A DNA stretch of 63,827 nt, filler included, from Hyphochytrium catenoides (lineage: Eukaryota; Protista; Hyphochytriomycota): the NCBI GenBank assembly GCA_900088475.1. It is 10 parts of 10 records of this genome, joined end to end, with 100 filler letters (N's around TTAATTAATTAA, not from the genome) between each part and the next. Parts side by side here need not be neighbours in the genome. Positions count along the whole stretch, not along the records: positions 41,421 to 55,061 come from FLMG01000667.1; positions 55,162 to 61,477 come from FLMG01002401.1; positions 61,578 to 62,658 come from FLMG01000793.1; positions 62,759 to 63,827 come from FLMG01003549.1; 6 more parts are not named here. The stretch is one strand, 5' to 3'. The notes below the pieces were generated by a model. The model saw only the letters and a list, made by a program, of their open reading frames with translations. It was not told the DNA's origin and ran no database searches. Within the stretch, counting starts at the first letter, position 1. Each line of letters opens with the position of its first letter. A program made the position numbers and the translations under genes. Below are positions 54,883 to 63,827 of the stretch, one piece after another.

Positions 54883-57375
54883 TTAGAGTGAGAAAGGAGG
54901 ATAATGCTCGGACTGTAGCTCCCCGCGCTCTCTTTCATCTTCCGTCTTGACAACATCTCTTCTCGTGTCTCTCTTTCTCTCTCTCACAATTTCGTTCCTC
55001 TCTCTCATTCTCCTTACTCTCTACCTTACTCTCTCTATGCCACTCTCTCCCTCTCTCTCTCNNNNNNNNNNNNNNNNNNNNNNNNNNNNNNNNNNNNNNN
55101 NNNNNTTAATTAATTAANNNNNNNNNNNNNNNNNNNNNNNNNNNNNNNNNNNNNNNNNNNNGAAGCCAAATGAGACCGAGGAGGTGATGAGGGGTGGTAA
55201 GGTCACTCTTAAGCAGTGTCGTGTCGCCTGACTCTAGGAGGTTTGAGTCTATATTCAAGGGAGACTCATCGAAGCAAGCGCCAGCTGGTCTGGCCCACGG
55301 AGACGGATGTAAGAAAGAGCAATAATGAAAGATCCTCCTTTCGGCAGATGCGCCGTAGGAGACCCCGGAGAAGATCGCCAAGGAGAGGACACATACCTCT
55401 TCCCTCATGATTTGATAATATCACTACTGCTGAGGATGCGCAGTCAGCTAGCTCAGTGGCCGCTGCCAGGAAGATCTCAAGCAACAACGCACGTCATTGC
55501 CTTCCACACATCGAGCGTTCCTCCTTTCATTGAAAGACATTGCGAATTGAGCAGCTGCGAGGCAGCAGAGCAGGAACTCTGTCCGTTTGGATCTCTATCT
55601 CTATCTTTGCTGCCCACTTTATTGTGTCGAGCGAGGAGCTGATGAGCTGTCTTTTCATTCTTTACAATTTCTTTATAGGATTTTAGTGTCCTTCGGGTAA
55701 ACTCAATTCCCTCCTTATCATCTGTACAGGTAGGTTCTCGAAGAACTAGGCCTTTTTATCCAAAGTGCCAACAAACTAATCTCTTTATAAACAAAGCTTT
55801 TATATTTTTTTCAAACCCATAAATAAATACAGGCATGGCACACCTTCCACAAACTGTTGTACAAAACAAGAACACAGAGAAAAGGGCTGAAAAGAAGGGA
55901 GGAGGAGGAAGCGATCAGGGCCTCCTTGGTTCCCCCCATGTTACGACCTCCTCCCTCCCGTCTATAGTTCCTGGACTTCCTTACTTCTATATTATATTTA
56001 TTACTGAGAAGGGCGCTGCTTTGATTACTATAATAATAACCAATAAATAAAGATGTAACTTAAGGCCTTCTTATACATACAAAGGACTCTTATTACCTAT
56101 CTTTGCAAACTCTGTATAACAGGGGGGTCTTCACTCACGACACAACGGAGACTCTCCCCGTAGCAGATATAAAGTACAATAGGTAGGTAGGAGGGAGCAA
56201 TGTGGGTTTGTCCCCTGTGCCGTGAGGTATTCACAGAAATTGTTAGTGCATTGATGATGGATCTGGCGCCCGCCATGAGTGCACAAGAAGCCAGCAGAAA
56301 GGGCATCACAAGGATGATATTGGTCGCTAGGTCGGCCCTCTTTCTCCAATGTGGTCCTACCTTGCACTACTACTGCAGATGGCCATCTTGACTACTGCTA
56401 AACGAAGACTAGGACTAGGAGTTCTTATGCTCTTCCCTTGCTTGCCTTTCTTCGCTGTCCAGTTGAGGGGAACAGGAGAGATCAAGGGGTTGATCTTCCT
56501 AGCTAGACGAGCCGCACAATCGTCTCCTTATCGAACGGTTCACACAAGGATGACTGGCTCTATCATCTTCTTCTCCGAAAGAAGAGGGGAAAAGTGAGCT
56601 GGAGAGCAGAAAGCCAGCTTCGACCTGTCTCTTGCTGGAGCCGCTCACCCCGCTGATGGTTCAAGCTGCTTGCACCCGTTCTGCTCGTCAGTAGGTAGTA
56701 GGGAGGGGTAGTTGAGGAGGAGGAAGACGATAGAGCAAAAACTGCTCGTAAACTTCATGAAAAGCTGTCCAGCTTGTTGCCTTCGTCCTGGATTCTTCTC
56801 AAAAGAGATCTATTTCTAACTTGTAAGAGTTCTCCACCAAACGAGTCAATCGATCATCACGTATCCCTCCTGAATTATCAAGCTTGGCATCCGGCCTCAT
56901 TCAGCAATTTGCCTCTTGTTGCTAATAACGAATAAGACGCATCCGTACTTATTATCAGCCCAAGCTTAGTGGTAAGGACCACGGCGGCTGCTGAACCTCG
57001 TCTCTTCTTCTTCCTCCTCGACACCTTCTCGCTCTCAGGCTTTAGGCTCTCTTTGTCCACGTTTAGTGGTCAAGATTCGAATTTAGCCACTCTGTCCGCC
57101 TCAGGCAAGCCTCCTCTTTGTTCTACGATCTTGAACTTATAGTCCGGAATGCAACGGAGCTTACCAACTAACGGGTCTTCCCTTCCGAACCCCAACCTTT
57201 CCCCGTCTTTCTCCCTCTCTCTCTCTTCTCTCTCTCTCTCTCTCTCTCTCCCTCTCTCTCTCTCTGTCTCTCTGTCTCTCTCACCACACTACCTCTCTCT
57301 TACTCTCGTTCCTGCTTGTTCTTTGTATAACCTTACGCCGTCTCCTTCTGGGGGGATCATCATGTTGCAGAGAAA

Positions 57376-59319
57376 ATGTCCGGTCCCCCTCCTCCAAGCG
57401 GCTACTATCCTGCTTATCCTCCTGCTGATGGTGGTGCTGGAGGCTATCATCAAGGAGGTAGCGCTGATCCGTCTCTTAGCCCCCCGCGGCTGTCTAGTTC
57501 TAGTTCCCTCGTCGTATACGATCGATATTCTTCTCTCTTTCTCTCGATAACAGCAGCCTATGGACGTCAAAAGTCTCCGTTGTGTCGCCTGACAATATCC
57601 CGATTCTCGTCGCTCTCTGCTATCTCCTTAGGCGTTTTTAACTCCTCTGCCTCTCTCCTCTTACTTCTTGGATGAATTTGGTCCTCCATCGCTTAGTCGC
57701 CTCACGGCAGCGCCGCCCAAATTAATCTCACATCTGGGTCGAGCACTCTGTCTCGGCTATGATGATCCCCTTGTTGCTCACTCTGCGTAGCTTTAATGGT
57801 CTTGCACAATGCAGTAATGCTCTCTCACCCTTATCATCTGTAGGCCAGCAATACCCTCCACACCAGCTTGCTCAGCAGCAGCAGTATCCGCCCCAGTACC
57901 AGCAGCAACAGGTTGTGAAGCCCCAAAGCGGCAGCAGCAACGGCGTGATCCGTCAGACGACGGGGAGCTTCAATGGCGTTAACTATTCCATTGACCATAG
58001 AGACTGCAACACCATAGTTACCGTCAACCTGCCGCACAATGTGCAACTCTTTGCAAAGCCAGGTTGGCGTGTCATCTTCTTTCGTTTGTCTCTTATCTTC
58101 CTCCTACTCTCTACTCGTCTTGGCGCGCATAAGGCTTCTATTCAATGATCATCATTATTCGCTTTTGATACCGTTTGCTGTTCGCCTTCTGTTGCTACCT
58201 GTTATTAGTCTGCGGCTCTAACCAGTCTTCGCTCCGTGGTGCATTCACCTGTCTTTAATTGGCACTTCGTCTGTCGGGCCAAATCCTTCAGGCTCCATGG
58301 TTGCGATGTCGCCCACGGTCTCGCTAAAGGGCAAGGTCAAATTCTCTTTTACCAGGGGATTCAAGGGGGAATCTACCTACAGCGGACCTGGGGAGATCCT
58401 CCTTGCGCCGCCAGCCTATGGAGATATCATTGCCATCCCTCTGGACGGACGGCAGTCCTGGAGCGTGGCTCGGGATGGCTACTTGGCCTACACCGAAGGA
58501 GTAACGAAGGAAACAAAGACTCAGGGACTGGGAAAGGCGCTATTTTCAGGAGAAGGTTTTTTTGTATGGCGCATATCGGGCCATGGATTCTTCTTCGCCA
58601 CTAGTGTGGGCGCAATTATAGAGAAAAATGTACTGACATCAGGCTCCTCTAGCTGACGTAGCCATTTCACAAGAGCGACTTCTTTCCTCTCTTGCTTTTT
58701 TTAGCTGAAGCTAACTATCTGTGGACTATGTATCTCCTCCTTTCTCCGCCACGAGATCACTCTATTCCTTCCTCTTACTTAGTCACTGTTCCATCTGCCT
58801 TTGGCTCTATTCTTGTTTAGCTGACGCTTGGCTTGCTGGTTATACGCGCTTTCTTACTCTTTATCCTGTCCTTCCCTCTTTCCCTCAGTTGGCTGCGGGA
58901 GAACAATATATCGTGGACAACGATCATCTAGTGGCATGGAACTGCAACTATAGCATTGAACGTGTTGCCAGCGGAGGCTTCATCAGCAATTCTGCTGCTG
59001 GAGAGGGATTGGTTTGCAAGTTTACAGGTATGTGACTTGAAGAGTTTGCAAAAATCTGTACTAATAACCTCGTTCCATGTATGGACTCGTTCACTTTCTC
59101 CTGCTGAATATTCGAGTTGCGTCTCTCAATTTTGCTGTGATGCAATTAAATGATGCTTGTCTCCGGCAATACGCATGTGTTGAACATCTATCCCTGTGAT
59201 AATGATGTTGAGGACCGCGATGCTGAGAGTCTGCCTCCCTCCGATCAGGTCCTGGCAAGGTCTATTTGCAGACACGCAATCCACAAGCTCTTGGAGAATG
59301 GATTGCCAGTCATATGTAA
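57376..59319 (+). CDS. AIM24/TIGR00266-family protein with P/Q/Y/G-rich N-terminus, five exons
   Basis: AKP|[45 protein letters not shown]|[11 protein letters not shown]; stop at 59317-59319. Confidence 0.9.
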
Positions 59320-60079
59320 GCCAGCTTCTTTCCCTACCTCGTACTATCTATCCAGTATCTTCTGTTCACGTACCTTTCGTCTCGTTGCCCGGCACAACTC
59401 TCTGTCAATGCTCTAAGCTGTATATTCTCTGATATCAGACTTTACTTCGCGGGGCCCACACTTTGCTTGTCGTCCTGTGATGCCTGACAGTTCTGCTATC
59501 TAAAAGTCATGCGTCTCCCTGATGTAACCTCTTCTTACCTCTCCTCCTTCATTCTTCCTATGTAACCTCTTCTTACCCGTTCTTCACTAATCTTCTTTTG
59601 CATGTCATCAGGCCGGGCGCTAGTTAGTAGTAGCGGTACAGGAAGCAGGGCTGCAGTTCTTAGTCATCGCTTCTTTATTGACACCCCAAAACCGCCAGTC
59701 CCATGACGTAGACCTCAGTACTCTTCGTCCATCCCGCTCCTCTGAGTAACTGATTTGCTCCTTCGCAAGCCAATCATCAGCAGCGTCGTCCTGCTATTGC
59801 AGGAGAATGAGTACGTAATCGGAGACAAAGCAGCATGACGTAAGAAGGATTGACCGAACGTGTATGAACAGAGAGAGGGAAGCACCAAGGCAACATACAC
59901 ATAATAAGCAGCAATAGAACTTCTATTTCTTCCTTGTTAAGCACAGCCAGCATTCATATGACTGTTCTCATGCACCTTCTTTTTCTTTATCCAAGGGTAG
60001 CTATGCCGCTGTTGAGGTAAAAGGAGAGCTTGATAGTGAAGAAGAATCGAGCTCTTGCGCAGCCATGATGACTGGTGTT

Positions 60080-61477
60080 GGATGTATAAATGTACATTGT
60101 CTTCGGGAGCGCATCACGATGACCTTGGAAGGGATGTGCTGGTTGAAAGTCCTCAAGTCTGTTTGTGGCTGGTAGTGAACTCATCGCACAGCCATAGTGC
60201 TCACTTTTCTTGAGAGTAGACTCTTCGGAGTTCTGTTGGCTATTTAGACGCATTTCTCATAAAGGACTCTTGCTGCTTAATGAAGAGTTGGGAGGAATAT
60301 GGTTTGACAAAGAAAATACGGGAGAAAGAGGGTATTACCATGCAATAGCTGCGCAGAGCCGCAGCGCTTCAGTAAAGTAGCAATGGACAGACGACCGGAC
60401 GCCGCGCACCGGACTGGGAACCACACATTATTCGAGAACGCAAAGGCTCACCGTAAGAGGACAGACGATTGCTGAGAAGGATTTGCCGATAATAAATCTG
60501 CAAGAAAGTCAGCAACAGAAGCCTTAGAGGAAGAAGCAGGGCAACCTTTAAAGAAAGGATACAGGTCTGCGGTGATGTTTCTGGGCTGAGGGTTTTTGGC
60601 ATCATTCGAGATTGATGGTGATGATGGTGGTCAAAGGCGGTCTTGATTCACAAGGATTTTAAGGAGATTGACGTCATTCGAGAAGAGCTCCCGGAAGCAA
60701 GGCCCGTACTCTGCCTCCTCCATGTAAAGACATATTTAGGAGAGCGCATCACTCAATCCGGTTTACCATCCGGTACTCGGTAGGCAATATTTGATGCCTT
60801 TCAATCCCGTCACGCTGATACTGGATTTTTGCTTTCCTTGATCGTGTTATTAACCCTCATACACATTGCTGTCTTGTGCCTTAGATGTCGCCAGTGCAGC
60901 AACCAAGATTCATGACTATGTGATGGATGTTCAGAGAGAGAGTTGGACGACAGCTCAAATGATCTGGTGGCCAAGCTGACAGATGTCACGAGAGCTAAAG
61001 GAGAAAACTTCTGGACATAATTTCAGGCCAATTGCAAGGAGATCTGGGTGACCTTTGAGAGGCAAAAGGTCCTCACTCTGGGTCATCGCACCACCAACCT
61101 TATTGAATATCGGTGGCGGGAGGAGGTAAACCAGGACTGCGGTCGCGGCAACGAGGCCTGGGAGACCCTAGAGGGCATCACATGGCTCTCAGATACGCAG
61201 GAAAGGAACTTCCGGACCCAATGGCATGATCGGCGCAGGAAACGAGTAGTGATTGACGATCAGCATGCTGAGCTCTCCCATCTGGGAACTCGCTACACCA
61301 AATTTGCCATTGAACAAATGTGTCCTGAGCTAGATAAGGCGAGGAGGAGCTTCAGAAACATGAGCTACCTACTCAAGGCCAAGGCAGGTGGCACTTTATG
61401 CACAGACAGAACGACAGGAAACCAATATTTGGTCGAGGAGCAGAGAAGCGGTGTGCATGGCCTCTGCAATTGTCCTT
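60080..61477 (+). mobile_element. Decayed Mutator-like (MULE, ZSWIM-type) transposase with SWIM finger, cut by gap
   Basis: Motifs in the expected order, across stops and frameshifts: AIAAQS / QRFSKVAM..DAAH, VLIHKDFKEIDVIREELPEARPVLCLLHV (D-K-D..E..P..LC..H), LGHRTTNLIE (TNN..E), and GLCNCP (start of SWIM) at the gap. The 5' border is approximate. Confidence 0.75.
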
Positions 61478-61578
61478 NNNNNNNNNNNNNNNNNNNNNNN
61501 NNNNNNNNNNNNNNNNNNNNNTTAATTAATTAANNNNNNNNNNNNNNNNNNNNNNNNNNNNNNNNNNNNNNNNNNNNC

Positions 61579-62247
61579 TATGAAGAGCTAATTGGTGACA
61601 GCTTCTGGCACGGACTCTCTAATACGCGGAACACTCTCCTCAAGAGCTGTAGGGATATGATCCCGCCGATGGAGCGACTGGATCTTTTGATTAGCGTCAT
61701 TCAAAGTAGAAACCAGAATGACGGTCGGGTCTCAGTCTATGAAACTGAGCTCCACGACATGCTCTCGTTGGAAACAAGATCACCATCTGTTATGCGAGCT
61801 GTCGACGACGCAAAAGGTCCCAATCAGGAACTGAAGACGCAAAGAAGTGGGGACGATGGCGTGAGAATAGAAGGAGAAGCTTCTAACCTGCAGAAGGAAG
61901 TTCCTCAGACGGCTCAGGAGTCCAACGTCGAAGACGTTATAAAAGCGGAGATTAAGCTCGCGATAAGCAGTATAATTGACGAGATCGTTGAGATTACGTA
62001 CCCACCCTCACGGACGATCCGGGAGAAGCTCTTTAAAGGACCAACCCCAAGGGAGAAGAGAAGGCGTCGGAAAAGAGCTGAAGTTCTGAAGGCTCATCTG
62101 GCGGAGCAGCTCGTGAGCCTCAACCCAAAAATGCTGGGATTGACGGTCCTCCTACTTCCAGGCCTCAATGAAGCGGAGCTCATTGGGCTTATGGTGGACA
62201 GAGCCATCCTGGAAAGACGGAAGAAAAAGAAGGAAGTACAGACGTAA
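61579..62247 (+). CDS. Hypothetical protein, 5'-truncated, with possible C-terminal MLLE/PABC-like domain
   Basis: The frame is open from the gap (YEELIGDSFWHGLSNTR...). The C-terminus HLAEQLVSLNPKMLGLTVLLLPGLNEAELIGLMVDRAIL resembles MLLE P..AGKITGMLLE...ELL.L. Confidence 0.5.
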   Translation, partial: YEELIGDSFWHGLSNTRNTLLKSCRDMIPPMERLDLLISVIQSRNQNDGRVSVYETELHDMLSLETRSPSVMRAVDDAKGPNQELKTQRSGDDGVRIEGEASNLQKEVPQTAQESNVEDVIKAEIKLAISSIIDEIVEITYPPSRTIREKLFKGPTPREKRRRRKRAEVLKAHLAEQLVSLNPKMLGLTVLLLPGLNEAELIGLMVDRAILERRKKKKEVQT

Positions 62248-62758
62248 TGGTAACGACGAAAGCTTTTCGAAGGACGAGAAGAAGAAGAGAAGAGTAAAGG
62301 CTGTCAGAGAAGAAGATCATACTACGCCCATCTTCGTGGTTCTCATCATTTCACGCAATGGAAGAAGATCGTTCTCTCTTCTTTCCTATGATGTCACCCT
62401 ACATCCAATCCCCTGCTTCCTCTCTCGTGCTTCCTCTCCTTCTCTCTCTCTCTGCTTATCTTCTCGCTTTGTCACTAACTAGGTGTTTTCGATATATCAT
62501 TCTTTGTACCAGTCTGCTTCTTTGGTCCAGGTTGTTCTTTATCTGCTGCACTCTTGCTCATATGGATATCAGTAGGGCACCCCTTTCCCTTGTTATTCTT
62601 TTCCTTCCTCTTCCTAGATCTAGGAACAATCTCTCTTTGTCTCTTTCTCTCTCTCTCTNNNNNNNNNNNNNNNNNNNNNNNNNNNNNNNNNNNNNNNNNN
62701 NNTTAATTAATTAANNNNNNNNNNNNNNNNNNNNNNNNNNNNNNNNNNNNNNNNNNNN

Positions 62759-63827
62759 ACGATCCGTCCTCTTGTCAGAGTTGCCATCCCATTGCGCACA
62801 ATCAAGGCCCAATTCATCGCACCGCCGTTTTAGATCCGCTTTCAGCGCCAAGAGCGGAACAATGACCACTGTGGTTCTCGCCTTTTCTTTCCTTGCAGCC
62901 TCTATAAACGCCGGGAGCATAAAGATCAAGCTCTTCCCTCCTCCTGTCGGAAGAATTACCAGGAGATCACCGCTCTTACTGTCCATCACTTGCGCTACTG
63001 CGTATGCTTGCAGTGGTGACTTGAAGCGAGGCGGCGACGTCGGTTCTTCACTACTGCCCGGTGTCAAAAACTTTTGCAGAGCCTCCGCCACTGAGTGCGG
63101 CAAGGACATCGAAGTTTCCGGAATAAGCCGTACAGCTGCAAATGAGAGGAAAAACAGATCTATAAGCATTAACCATGTTTCAATCAATAACCATCATAAG
63201 GATCAGTTCCTACCTGTGGGAAACTGGAAATGGCGAGGATAGACATTGACAGTCTTCTGAATAATTCCTCGAATAGGAATCTTATGTGGGACGCCGCCTT
63301 CACATGCCGTGACGCCTTCTATCTGTTGGTAACGACCACTAGTATCACTCATCATGCGGCTGGAAAGTGGAGCTCGGACACATGGCGGTGCAGGAGATTC
63401 GTCCTGTCTTGGCATTACAAGTTCATGCCATGCCAAGGAACAGCGATGGTACCTTTCTCTTTGATCGGTACCAAGATTTGGGAAGTATGAGCCGCCCATC
63501 CTCGCATAGATTGCGTTCGCTGTTCGTGAACTATGGCCCCGCTGTCCATCCTCAATAGAAGTGGCTTGAGGGGACGCTTGGGCTACTTCAAAGGCATTTA
63601 CACCAAGATGAGCTCGTGAAAATGCTGTGGCGACATGCCGATACTGGCCAAACGAAATTTTAAGCTCAGCTTGAGAAAAGCTTCCTCGAAGGACCCGCCG
63701 GATGGCGTCTGCCGTCATCTGCCTTCCTCTTGTGACAAATAGATAGCTACCATGTACTCTCGATGCGTCACGGTTTCCATAGAGGACACTTGCTGCCAGT
63801 CTAGGCACAAGAAGAAGAGGAATACGT
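62759..63827 (-). CDS. Tyrosine-recombinase-like domain fused to RecQ-type SF2 helicase (telomere-linked-helicase-like), truncated at both ends
   Basis: Upstream exon has GQYRHVATAF...DGQRGHSSRTANAIYAR. A 78-nt GT-AG intron at 63136-63213 removes the only in-frame stop. Downstream exon has FKSPLQ (motif 0), LLVILPTGGGKSLIFMLPA (Walker A) and TVVIVPLLAL (motif Ia). Confidence 0.8.

Noticed and set aside
56200-56400. Possible second hAT dimerisation remnant on the minus strand
   Set aside because: Similarity too weak; no S-x-x-x-ER-x-FS motif.
63203-63213. In-frame TGA between the YR-like and helicase ORFs as readthrough or selenocysteine
   Set aside because: The stop lies inside a canonical 78-nt GT-AG intron, which is the simpler explanation.

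Overview
Intron-rich eukaryotic DNA in the standard genetic code. The V-ATPase c, CBM20-TPS and TtcA-like sequences look stramenopile/SAR-like; that taxon call is inference. The window is not one continuous locus: nine 100-nt spacers (44N-TTAATTAATTAA-44N) join about ten contigs, and there is one plain N gap. Spliced genes read by hand: 3' end of a TtcA-like PP-loop ATPase, RIO2 kinase, a membrane-anchored alpha/beta hydrolase, a tetraspanin with a long acidic tail, 5' end of an HVA22/REEP gene (missing from the ORF track), a divergent Rab, 5' end of a CBM20-trehalose-6-phosphate synthase, a four-GAF cyclic nucleotide phosphodiesterase, a coiled-coil hypothetical, V-ATPase c, an ataxin-3/Josephin protease and an AIM24-family protein. 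Two genes are intronless: a GyrI-like protein and a membrane-anchored thaumatin-like protein. RNA genes are an intron-containing tRNA-Tyr and two identical tandem tRNA-Glu. There is a decayed MULE transposase, a long CAG-type repeat and many (CT)n/(GA)n tracts. The best candidate for an undescribed system is in the last contig: one spliced gene fusing a tyrosine-recombinase-like motif set (YRH...GH...Y) to a RecQ-type helicase, possibly a YR-helicase mobile element related to fungal telomere-linked helicases. All family calls come from motif recognition; no searches were run.
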